A stretch of 64,000 nt of DNA from Pseudomonadota bacterium (GTDB lineage: Bacteria; Myxococcota_A; UBA796; SXON01): the NCBI GenBank assembly GCA_039800105.1, contig JBDLRI010000110.1:3970-67969 (forward strand), given 5' to 3'. Positions 23,524 through 32,522 of this stretch are shown here, piece by piece. The notes below the pieces were generated by a model. It saw only the letters and a program-made list of their open reading frames with translations, searched no databases and had not been told where the DNA came from. Both the position numbers and the translations under genes were made by a program. Within the stretch, counting starts at the first letter, position 1, and the number at the start of each line of letters is the position of its first letter.

Positions 23524-25730
23524 TGGTCCCGGGACGCGCCACCATCGTCGCGGTCGCGGGGGCGCGCGACGGCGTCGGGAAGAGCACCTTCGCGGTGAAC
23601 CTGGCGTTCTCGTTCTTCAAGGAGACCCGGGATCGCGTGGTGCTGCTCGAGCTCGACCGCGACGGCGCGGGCGACGCCGCGAGCATGCTCGGCGTCGGCG
23701 AGACCCGGTCGATCGCGGAGCTGGCGCCGTGGCTGGACCAGCTCACGGCCGAGAGCTTCGCGCCGTACGTGGCCGTGCACCCCGCGGGGCTGGGCCTCGT
23801 CCCCGTCGCGCCGGACGCCGACCAGGCCGGCACGGTCACCCGTGCCCACGTCGAGCGCACCCTCGATCTCCTCGCGCCCCTCGCCCGGTTCATCGTGGTG
23901 GACTGCGGCGCCGGCATCGACCCGCTCGCGATGGCCGCCATGGAGCGCAGCAGCGGCATCTTCGTCGTCGGCACGCCGGACTTCGCGATTCTCGGCGCCA
24001 CCGCGCGCCTGCTCGGGCAGCTCCAGGGACTCCAGTTCCCCCAGCAGCTCGTGAAGGTCATCCTCAACCGGCTCGACCCCGCGAGTCCCATCCCCAAGGA
24101 GATGGCCATCGAGCGGATCGGGCGACCGGTGCTCGTCACCCTGCCGAAGGACGACGTGCTGTGCGCGACCGCCGGCGCGCGCGGCACGCCGTTCGTGCTC
24201 GGCGAGCCCCGTGCGGCGCTCTCGCGCACCTACGACGAGCTCGCCCGGCAGCTGATCGAGAAGGGCGTGCTGGAGCAGCTCGGCCAGGTCGCGCGACCGA
24301 CCGGGGTCACCGTGGGCGACACGCGTACGGCCGCGCCGACGGCACGTTCCACGAAGGAGGCCGGCGCACTCAGCCGCGGACGTCCCGGCCGCAAGGCGGA
24401 CGCCGGCGAGATGGACGCGCGCACGGCCCTCAAGCGCCTCGTCCACAAGCGACTCGTCGAGGTGCTCGACCTCAAGCGCCTCGACAAGGAATTGGCCAAC
24501 CACGCCGACAAGGACCGCGTGCTGCGCGAGCGTACCGAGGCCGCCGTGGCGCGGGTGGTCGACGAGGAGGGGCAGGCCATCCCCGACCGGAACGAGCGCG
24601 TGCGGATCGTGAAGGAGATCCTCGACGAGGCGCTCGGGCTCGGGCCACTCGAGGACCTGCTCTCCGACGAGCGCGTCACCGAGGTCATGGTCAACGGACG
24701 GGAGAACATCTTCGTCGAAATGAGCGGCAAGCTCACGAAGACCGACCTCACGTTCACCGACGACGGGCAGCTCCTCTCCGTCATCGAGCGCATCGTGCAA
24801 CCGCTCGGGCGCCGCATCGACGAGAAGTCCCCGATGGTGGACGCGCGTCTCCCCGACGGAAGCCGTGTCAACGCCATCATCCCGCCGCTGGCGATCGACG
24901 GGCCGAGCATCACCATCCGGAAGTTCGCGCGCGATCCGTTCAAGGTCGAGGACCTGATCCGCTTCGGTGCGTTCACGCCGGAGCTGGCGGACCTGCTGCG
25001 CGCCTGCGTCGAGGCGAAGCTCAACATCGTCATCAGCGGCGGCACCGGCTCCGGCAAGACGACGCTCCTCAACCTCATGTCGGGGTTCATTCCGCACGAC
25101 GACCGCATCGTCACGATCGAGGACGCCGCGGAACTGCAGCTCAAGCAGCCGCACGTGGTGCGCCTCGAGAGCCGCCCGGCGAACATCGAGGGTGTCGGCG
25201 AGGTCAAGATCCGCGACCTCGTCCGCAACAGCCTGCGCATGCGTCCGGACCGCATCGTGGTCGGGGAGTGCCGCGGCGCCGAGGCGCTGGACATGCTCCA
25301 GGCCATGAACACCGGCCATGACGGCTCGTTGACCACCGTCCACGCCAACACCCCGCGCGACGCGATCGCGCGCATGGAGACGCTGGTGATGTTCGCGGGC
25401 CTCGACCTGCCGAGCCGGGCGATCCGGGAGCAGATCGCCAGCGCCATCCACATCATCGTGCAGACCACGCGCCTCTCCGACGGCTCGCGCAAGGTCGTCG
25501 CGGTCAGCGAGGTGACCGGCATGGAAGGCCAGGTGCTCACGCTCCAGGACATCTTCCTGTTCCGTCAGACGGGCGTCGACGAGAAGCGCAAGGTCGTCGG
25601 GCAGCACGTCGCCACCGGCTTCGTGCCCAAGTTCGTACCCAAGCTCGAGGCGATGGGGATCCGGCTGCCGCAGGGCATCTTCCGCGCCGAGGGCACCGCC
25701 GCCGCCGCAATCCCGCGGGGTCGCACGTGA
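23523..25730 (+). CDS. cpaF: Fused CpaE/TadZ (MinD-like) - CpaF/TadA pilus ATPase
   Basis: N-terminal GARDGVGKST..IVVDCG..ILNR; C-terminal LGLGPLE, GGTGSGKTT, TIED, RMRPDRIVVGECRG, MNTGHDGS. Confidence 0.92.
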   Translation: MVPGRATIVAVAGARDGVGKSTFAVNLAFSFFKETRDRVVLLELDRDGAGDAASMLGVGETRSIAELAPWLDQLTAESFAPYVAVHPAGLGLVPVAPDADQAGTVTRAHVERTLDLLAPLARFIVVDCGAGIDPLAMAAMERSSGIFVVGTPDFAILGATARLLGQLQGLQFPQQLVKVILNRLDPASPIPKEMAIERIGRPVLVTLPKDDVLCATAGARGTPFVLGEPRAALSRTYDELARQLIEKGVLEQLGQVARPTGVTVGDTRTAAPTARSTKEAGALSRGRPGRKADAGEMDARTALKRLVHKRLVEVLDLKRLDKELANHADKDRVLRERTEAAVARVVDEEGQAIPDRNERVRIVKEILDEALGLGPLEDLLSDERVTEVMVNGRENIFVEMSGKLTKTDLTFTDDGQLLSVIERIVQPLGRRIDEKSPMVDARLPDGSRVNAIIPPLAIDGPSITIRKFARDPFKVEDLIRFGAFTPELADLLRACVEAKLNIVISGGTGSGKTTLLNLMSGFIPHDDRIVTIEDAAELQLKQPHVVRLESRPANIEGVGEVKIRDLVRNSLRMRPDRIVVGECRGAEALDMLQAMNTGHDGSLTTVHANTPRDAIARMETLVMFAGLDLPSRAIREQIASAIHIIVQTTRLSDGSRKVVAVSEVTGMEGQVLTLQDIFLFRQTGVDEKRKVVGQHVATGFVPKFVPKLEAMGIRLPQGIFRAEGTAAAAIPRGRT

Positions 25731-26647
25731 ACGCCCTGCCGCAGATCTGGGACGGCTGGACCCTTCTGCGCCTGATCGTGCTGGTCCTCGGCGCGTTCGC
25801 ATGGTGGAGGGTCGCGGAGACGCTCGCACCGCGCGTGTTCGGCGCCTTCGAGGACGCCACGCGCGGCTACGTCCGCTGGATGCGCGGCCAGTTCGACCGC
25901 ATGTACATGGACGTGCCCGAAAGCTGGTGCAGCGCCTCCATCGTGGCCGCGACGCTCCTCGGCGCCGCGCTCGGCATCGGCATGACGGCGGGGCTGCCCT
26001 GGGAGCCGGCCGGCTACCACATCATCCGCGTCGTGGTCGCCGGCACCCTCGCGGTCATCGGGTACCGCATGCCGCGGGTCGTGGTCGAGCGGCTGTGGGA
26101 GCGGCGCATCGCGCTGTTCGAGAGCCAGCTCCTCGACGGGCTCACCTTCATGAGCAACGGCCTGAAGTCCGGGCTCTCGCTGCTGCAGAGCATGGACATG
26201 GTGCGCGAGGAGCTCGACGATCCCATCAAGCAGGAGTTCGCGCTCCTCCTCAACGAGCAGCGCCTCGGTGTGCCGCTCGAGGACGCGCTCGTGAACCTCG
26301 AGAAGCGGGTGGGCACCGAGGACATCCAGATCGTCGTCACCAGCATCAACATCTTGCGCCAGAGCGGCGGCAACCTCTCCGAGACCTTCGACACGGTCGC
26401 CACGACCATCCGCGAGCGCAAGAAGGTGCAGGGCCGCATCGCGAGCCTCACCGCGCAGGGCGTGGCGCAGGGCGTCATCATCACGGCGATGCCCTTCGTG
26501 CTCGGGTTCATCCTGTGGATGATGGACCCGGTGCTGATCAGCCGCCTGTGGACGACGTGGCTCGGCTGGATCTTCCTGTTCGCGATGCTCGTGCTGCAGG
26601 CCATGGGTGCGTGGATCATGAGCCGCATCATCCGCATCCGCGTGTGA
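25727..26647 (+). CDS. tadB: Tad inner-membrane platform protein TadB (T2SS F family)
   Basis: LKSGLSL..EF..G..LEDAL, GGNLSE..TIRER, C-terminal TM pair. Confidence 0.88.
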   Translation: MNALPQIWDGWTLLRLIVLVLGAFAWWRVAETLAPRVFGAFEDATRGYVRWMRGQFDRMYMDVPESWCSASIVAATLLGAALGIGMTAGLPWEPAGYHIIRVVVAGTLAVIGYRMPRVVVERLWERRIALFESQLLDGLTFMSNGLKSGLSLLQSMDMVREELDDPIKQEFALLLNEQRLGVPLEDALVNLEKRVGTEDIQIVVTSINILRQSGGNLSETFDTVATTIRERKKVQGRIASLTAQGVAQGVIITAMPFVLGFILWMMDPVLISRLWTTWLGWIFLFAMLVLQAMGAWIMSRIIRIRV

Positions 26648-26657
26648 CGGCGTCGAC

Positions 26658-28208
26658 TCACGGGCAGGCGAGCGCCTGCCGGTAGCGGATCTCGACGTGG
26701 TCGCCCTCCCGGGGGACGCTGGCCGGGTCGAACACCACGGCTTGCATGCCGGGACGGTAGCTCCAGCCGGTGTCCAGGCGCGCGCCGTTGCGGCGCACCT
26801 CGATGAGGTCCGCATCCGCGGGATGGGCCAGCGGAAACGTGTCGCGGCGCACCGAGGCGTCGGCGAGCGCGTCGACACTGCCCGCCCACGGCGCGCAGAT
26901 GTCGAGGTAGACGCCGCCCGTGGCCTGCACCGCCTCGTGGTAGCGACGGCCGGGTTCGGCCGAGTTCGTCAGGGTCGTGCAGCCCGTGGGCCACGTGCCG
27001 GACACCGCGCTCATGCGGACCATGCCCGGACGTCCCCGTGCGGCGCGCATGCGCGCGACGTAGTCCTCCCACGGGCCCGGGGAGTGGTCCGGCTCGTCGG
27101 TCACGAACACCACGTGCAGCAGCGCGTCATCCCGCAGGAACCCGCGGTTGCACTCGTCCTCCCCGGTGAGATCCAGCGCGTCCGCCATGAGCCCCAGGCC
27201 CGCCTCCGTCCGCGAGCCGCCGCCGGTCTGCACGGCGGTGCGGAAGACCGAGTCGTAGCCGGGGGTGGTGCGGTCCAGGACGCCGAGCTCCGTGCAGGCG
27301 CTGTCGCTGTTGACCACCATGACGCGCCAGTCCTGCGTCTCCAGGTCGATGCGGGCGATGAATGCGCCGAAATTGTCGGCCAGCGCCACCTGGTCGTCGC
27401 GCATGGACCAGGACTGGTCGACGAAGAACAGGAGATCGACGGCGGGGTGCGCCGAGAGATGGAAGGACTCGGCGTGGTTCGGCGGCACGGTCCCGGTGCC
27501 GCGCTGGAGCGACGTGCGACGGCGAAGCGCCTCGTCGCTGGTCACCGTCAGCGCGCCGGCGTGATCACCGGTGCGCGTGGGTTCGAAGCGGACGCGGAGC
27601 GGGCGGGTGGCTCCCGGGGCCATGGCGAAGCCGTCGTCGAGCCGCTCGACGAGCGTCATCCCTTCGCCCTCGAGGGCTGCGGCGCGCACGTGGAGGGCCC
27701 AGGTGCCGGTGTTCTCCAGCGTCAGCGTGCCCTCGGTGGCGCAGCCGACCTCCACCGCCCCGAAGTCGAGAGGGTCCGGCGTGATCCGGAGCTCCGGCCG
27801 CGGGGCGTTTCCGACCAGCGGCACGGCGACCGTCGGACGTTCCGGGTCGTCCGACTCCAGGACGAGCACCCCCTCGTGAACATCGGGGGCTGCCGGCGCG
27901 AAGAGGACGTCGAGCGCGCGCTCGATCCCGCTCGGGAGTCGGAAGTCCGACGGCGGGTCCACGAAGGTGAAGCCCCCGGCGCCATCCAGCTCCAGGTGCC
28001 GTACCTCGAGGACCGACGTGGCGGGTCCGTCGTTGCGGACGACGACCGTGCGCACCTCCGACGCGCCCTCATCCAGGATCCCGAAGTCGAGCGCCTCGGG
28101 CGTCACCACGATGCGGGGCGGGGCGTCGATGTCGCCCCCGTCGGATGCGGGCGCGAGGCCCCAGTCGCTGCAACCTGCGAATAGCGCCAGCCAGTGCGAT
28201 GCCGACAT
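26658..28208 (-). CDS. Lipoprotein with two ASH/choice-of-anchor-D Ig domains and a vWA domain
   Basis: FAGC lipobox, two P..LDFG repeats, DLLFFVDQSWSM MIDAS, VFVTDE. Confidence 0.8.
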   Translation of the reverse strand: MSASHWLALFAGCSDWGLAPASDGGDIDAPPRIVVTPEALDFGILDEGASEVRTVVVRNDGPATSVLEVRHLELDGAGGFTFVDPPSDFRLPSGIERALDVLFAPAAPDVHEGVLVLESDDPERPTVAVPLVGNAPRPELRITPDPLDFGAVEVGCATEGTLTLENTGTWALHVRAAALEGEGMTLVERLDDGFAMAPGATRPLRVRFEPTRTGDHAGALTVTSDEALRRRTSLQRGTGTVPPNHAESFHLSAHPAVDLLFFVDQSWSMRDDQVALADNFGAFIARIDLETQDWRVMVVNSDSACTELGVLDRTTPGYDSVFRTAVQTGGGSRTEAGLGLMADALDLTGEDECNRGFLRDDALLHVVFVTDEPDHSPGPWEDYVARMRAARGRPGMVRMSAVSGTWPTGCTTLTNSAEPGRRYHEAVQATGGVYLDICAPWAGSVDALADASVRRDTFPLAHPADADLIEVRRNGARLDTGWSYRPGMQAVVFDPASVPREGDHVEIRYRQALACP

Positions 28209-28294
28209 CGGATCTCCCCCGCCGTCGTGGGAACTAGGCACCCGAGGCCGGGACGTCCCTTGTGGGCGGGACGGCGCGGAGGCTAGAGGCTTCC

Positions 28295-30931
28295 ATGCCC
28301 TTCCCGCGAGCGCCATGGCTGTCCCGGATCCTGCTCGTCGCGGCGACGCTGCTCACGGCCGTCGCGATCGTCGGGTACGCGCGCACGGTCGTCGAGGGTG
28401 CGGGCGAAACCCTGTCGGGCAGCTACCACGCGACGTGGCGGTCCCCCGACGGGCGCAGCGGCACCGCGCTCCTGCCCGTGCCCGGCTCCTTCGCGAGCGC
28501 CGGACTGCCCCCCGAGGTGGAGGTCACCTACACCATCCCGGTCACGCTCCGCTCCCGGGAGCCCGGCAGCACCGCCGTGCTGCTCGACCGCATCCGACAC
28601 GCCGCCGAGGTTCGTTGGGACGGCGTCGTGGTGGGCCAGGCCGGCGCCTTCGAAGGCGGGCGGCTGCTCTCCGGACACGACGAATCCGTCCTGGCCACCA
28701 TCCCCGCGTCGCTCACGGCGGAGGGCACCCACCTCCTCACGCTGCGGCTCCAGGGCGCGTGGGACGACGGGGCCGCCATCGGGAACCTGATCGTGGGCAG
28801 CGTCCCTTCGCTTGTCCGCCTGCAGCAGTGGAAGGAACAGGAGCGTCTCTCGCTCGCCATCGTGGCCATGTTCCTCGGGCTGTTGCACCTCTCGGTGTCG
28901 GTGCGACGCCCGAGTCGCACCGACCACCGCTGGTTCGGTTTCTTCCTCACGTGCTTCGCGGTGTACATCTTCGCGGACAGCGATTCCTGGTACGCGGCCT
29001 TCGGCACCGGGGCGGACCTGGAGCTGCGGCTCCGGCTCCGTCGCGGAATCCTGCTGTGGGGCCTGGCCGCATTCGTGAGCGTCGTGGCAGGCTTGACGGA
29101 TCAGCGTCAGTCGCGCGCCCGCGCGGTGATCGCCGGGGGCCTCGTCGCGAGCGGCACGGTCGCCGTGTTCAGCCCGTGGATGGAGGGCAACACCTGGGCC
29201 AACCGCATCGGCGACGTGCTGATCGTCGCGTTCGGCGCATGGTCCCTCGTCGGCGTCTTCCGGACGGTGCGTCGCGGCGCGCCGGGGGCGTACATCCTGC
29301 TGTTCGCGCTGGCGGCCGGGCTGCTCGGCGGCATCCTGGACGTGCTGGTCACGCGAGGGGACGTCGGCTCGTCGTATGTGATGCTTCCCGGCATGCTCGC
29401 GCTGTGGGGCGCCGTCGGCGCAGCCCTCGCCATCCGCGAGCTGGACGCGCAGGATCGATTCGAGGCGCTGTACACCCAGGCCGCGGACGGCGTCCTCCTC
29501 GTGGACGTCGCCGGGGTCGTGGTGGGCGCCAACGAGGCGGCCGACACGCTCGCGGGCGGGCCGCTCGTCGGGCTTCCCTTCCACGAGCGGATGGTCGCCG
29601 GGGACGTCGAGCGCTGCCTCGCGCACCTCGTCCGGGCATCGCGCCGCCCTGATCGCGCGGACCTCGCGCTCGCGGGCGAGCCCCCGCGGTTCGTCGAGAG
29701 CGCGGCGACGCGCCTGCCGGACGGGACGACGCTCGTGCTGCTGCGGGACCTCACGACCCGCCGCACGGTGGAGGAGAGCCTCGTCCGCGCCGCGCGGATG
29801 GAAAGCGTGGGGCAACTGGCGGGTGGTCTCGCGCACGACTTCAACAACGTGCTCGGCGGGGTGCTCGGACAGCTGAGCCTGCTCCGCGCGCGCGTTCGCG
29901 ACGACGCCGAGGCGGACGCGTCCCTGGAGCGGCTCGAGCGTTCCCTCGAGCGTGCGACGGGCCTGTGCCGCCGCCTGATGACCCTCGCCCGCGGAGGCTC
30001 GCCGGTGCGACGACGCCTGGTGCCGCGCCACCTGGTGGAGCAGGCGCTCGACCTCATCCGTGCCGCGGTGGAGCCTGCCGTCCGCGTCGTCGTGGACGTG
30101 CCGGCCGACCTTCCCGAGGTCGCCGGGGTGGCGTCGGAACTCGAGGAGGTGCTGGTGAACCTCGTCATGAACGCGCGCGACGCCAGCCCGCGCGGGGCCA
30201 CGGTGCGCGTGTCGGCGCGGCAGGTGGGAGGCGGCGTCGAGCTGGCGGTGGAGGACGAGGGGCCCGGCGTTCCCATGGGGGAGCGGCCACGAATCTTCGA
30301 GCCTTTCTACACCACCAAGTCCATCGGCACGGGCACCGGACTCGGGCTTGCCGTGGTGGAACGGGTCGTGCGCGATCACGGGGGGATGGTCCGCGTGGAG
30401 GACGCCGTAGGGCCCACGGGACAGGCGCGCGGCGCGCGTTTCGTGGTGGTGCTGCCCGTGGCCGGCCCGCAGGACGCACCGGCCGAGGCCCCCGCCCCGT
30501 CCCAGGCGGCGGACGGTACCGACGGCAGCGCCGGTTCCGCCGCATGCCGCGTGCTCGTCGTGGATGACGAGGCCCTGGTGCGCGACGCCGTGGCGGCGAT
30601 GCTGCGCGCCGACGGTCACGTGGTGCGCGCCGCCGAGAGCGCGGAGGAGGTGCTCGCCGCGCCGGGCTGGCTCGACGCCGCGGATGTCCTCGTCACCGAC
30701 GTGCTCATGCCGGGCATCACGGGGTTGGAGCTGGCCGAGCGTGCGGTGGCCATGCGCCCCGCGCTGCGCGTGGTGCTGATGTCCGGGTTCCTCCCCGAGG
30801 GACCGGCCTGGCCGCAGGTGGCGGACGGGGCTTGGGACGTCCTGGAGAAGCCCTTCCGCGTCGACGATCTGCGCCGCGTCGTGAACCGTGCCCGCCGCCT
30901 CGGGACGGCGGCCGCCGGGTCGGCGGCGTGA
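28295..30931 (+). CDS. Hybrid sensor histidine kinase (extracellular sugar-binding-like + 7TM, PAS, HisKA, HATPase, REC)
   Basis: AHDFNN H-box, NLVMNARDA, FEPFYTTK..GTGLGL, VLVVDDE..TDVLMPG. Confidence 0.92.
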   Translation: MPFPRAPWLSRILLVAATLLTAVAIVGYARTVVEGAGETLSGSYHATWRSPDGRSGTALLPVPGSFASAGLPPEVEVTYTIPVTLRSREPGSTAVLLDRIRHAAEVRWDGVVVGQAGAFEGGRLLSGHDESVLATIPASLTAEGTHLLTLRLQGAWDDGAAIGNLIVGSVPSLVRLQQWKEQERLSLAIVAMFLGLLHLSVSVRRPSRTDHRWFGFFLTCFAVYIFADSDSWYAAFGTGADLELRLRLRRGILLWGLAAFVSVVAGLTDQRQSRARAVIAGGLVASGTVAVFSPWMEGNTWANRIGDVLIVAFGAWSLVGVFRTVRRGAPGAYILLFALAAGLLGGILDVLVTRGDVGSSYVMLPGMLALWGAVGAALAIRELDAQDRFEALYTQAADGVLLVDVAGVVVGANEAADTLAGGPLVGLPFHERMVAGDVERCLAHLVRASRRPDRADLALAGEPPRFVESAATRLPDGTTLVLLRDLTTRRTVEESLVRAARMESVGQLAGGLAHDFNNVLGGVLGQLSLLRARVRDDAEADASLERLERSLERATGLCRRLMTLARGGSPVRRRLVPRHLVEQALDLIRAAVEPAVRVVVDVPADLPEVAGVASELEEVLVNLVMNARDASPRGATVRVSARQVGGGVELAVEDEGPGVPMGERPRIFEPFYTTKSIGTGTGLGLAVVERVVRDHGGMVRVEDAVGPTGQARGARFVVVLPVAGPQDAPAEAPAPSQAADGTDGSAGSAACRVLVVDDEALVRDAVAAMLRADGHVVRAAESAEEVLAAPGWLDAADVLVTDVLMPGITGLELAERAVAMRPALRVVLMSGFLPEGPAWPQVADGAWDVLEKPFRVDDLRRVVNRARRLGTAAAGSAA

Positions 30932-32442
30932 GCCGTTTCGCGCGTGCGGCGCCATGGACGCTGGCCGCGGCGTGGGCCGTGTCAGCTGCGGCCTGGCGGG
31001 CGACCCTGGATCGACCCGTGTTCGCGCTCTCCCACGACGACCTGCTGCGCATCGCCCACGCGGCCGCCGTGCACTGGGACAACCTGCTGCCGAGCGACCT
31101 GTGGCCGCCGCTGGGGTTCTGGGTCGTGCGCCTGGCCTGGATGGTGTTTCCCAGCGTGCAGGCCACGCCGGCCGGCGTGAACCTGGTGGCCTCGACCGTG
31201 GCGCTGGGGCTCGCCGGGGTCCTCACGCGCCGGATCGGCGGCGGGGTCCGCGCCGCCTGTGCCACGGTGGTGGTCCTCGCGGTGCTGCCCTGGTGGACCT
31301 GGTTGGGGTGTTCGGCCCTCGCGGAGCCCCTGTCCACGGCGTTGGTCCTCGCCGGGATCGCCGCCTCGCTCGTCCACCTGGCCCCGGAGACCGAGGCTGC
31401 GGGACGCGACCGCGCGGTGCTGGGCGCCGCGCTGGCATACGCCCTCGCGGGGATGGTGCGGTACGAGGCGTGGGCCGCGGCGGCACTCCACGCGATGACG
31501 TGCCTCGCGCCGGTGCGACGCGCGCTGGGCGCCACGTCCCTTCCGCGGCCGATCGCCCTCGCGGCCCTGGGGATCCCGCTCGTGTTCCCGATCGCGTGGA
31601 TGACCCTCGAGACCGTCTGGAACGGGAACCCGCTGTTCTTCGCCACGATGGCGCGTGAGAACCTGGTCGGCGACCCCGGCGTCGCGGCGACGCCCTGGCA
31701 CGCACCGCTCGATGTGCTGCGCGCCGGAGGGGTCGTCGCGGTGGTGGGCCTCGTCGCCGCCTGGCGCGGGCGCAAGGATGCGTCCCCGGCCGTGCGCGCG
31801 CTGGCGTGGGCGGGGATGCTGGGCCTGGGCCTGCAGATCGTGGCGCAGCTCGGCGCCCTCGCCGGCACCCACAACACGCCGCGCCACCATGTCGGCTGGA
31901 TGCCGATCCTCGCGGTGCTCGCGGTCCGGGCGGCGGCAGCGTCCCTCGCCACGTTGCCCCGGGGCGCGCAGCGCGGCGCCATCGCGCTCTCCGTACCCTT
32001 GCTCCTCGCGCCGTGGCTGGCCGCGACGGACGTCCCGGACGCCGTTCCCCCCGAGGTCGCGCGCATGGCCGCGCGGGTGCGGACGGTCCGTGCCGGAGGC
32101 ACCCTGGGGAACGCGCGCAGGGTGATGCTGGAAGCGGCGCCGTGGGAATGCTTCGCCCTGCAAATCGCGCTCGCCGAGGATCACGCGGACCTCTCCGACA
32201 TCCGGTGGGACCGCGACCCCTTCGTGGCCCTCGGGGCCTCCGAGACCCTTGCGGACCGCATGGAGCACCCGAGCCTGCTCGCGGCGCCGCCGGACGAGGT
32301 CGCCGCGGACCTGCGCGACGACGGCGTGGGCCTGCTCGTCACCGCGACCCCCCGGGGACGGGAGCTGGCAGGACGCGTCGGCATCGCCAGCGGAAGCGCG
32401 GGAGACTGGACGCTCTGGCGCGTCGGCCAGCTCGAACGCTAG
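30928..32442 (+). CDS. Polytopic membrane protein, probable GT-C glycosyltransferase
   Basis: SHDD in the first loop, WPPL, ALAEP, RYEAW; about 11 TM segments; GTGA-coupled. Confidence 0.55.
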   Translation: MSRFARAAPWTLAAAWAVSAAAWRATLDRPVFALSHDDLLRIAHAAAVHWDNLLPSDLWPPLGFWVVRLAWMVFPSVQATPAGVNLVASTVALGLAGVLTRRIGGGVRAACATVVVLAVLPWWTWLGCSALAEPLSTALVLAGIAASLVHLAPETEAAGRDRAVLGAALAYALAGMVRYEAWAAAALHAMTCLAPVRRALGATSLPRPIALAALGIPLVFPIAWMTLETVWNGNPLFFATMARENLVGDPGVAATPWHAPLDVLRAGGVVAVVGLVAAWRGRKDASPAVRALAWAGMLGLGLQIVAQLGALAGTHNTPRHHVGWMPILAVLAVRAAAASLATLPRGAQRGAIALSVPLLLAPWLAATDVPDAVPPEVARMAARVRTVRAGGTLGNARRVMLEAAPWECFALQIALAEDHADLSDIRWDRDPFVALGASETLADRMEHPSLLAAPPDEVAADLRDDGVGLLVTATPRGRELAGRVGIASGSAGDWTLWRVGQLER

Positions 32443-32522
32443 CAGGCGGGCACGTCGGCTGCCGTGGCGCGGGGCGCCGCCGCAACCGGTGATGGTTGTT
32501 CCGCGGCCTGCTAGGCTTGGGC

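Noticed and set aside
26658-28208. vWA/Ig lipoprotein as the Tad tip adhesin (TadG/PilY1 equivalent)
   Set aside because: It is on the opposite strand, has a lipobox rather than a pilin leader, and belongs to a generic surface-protein type. Adjacency alone is insufficient.
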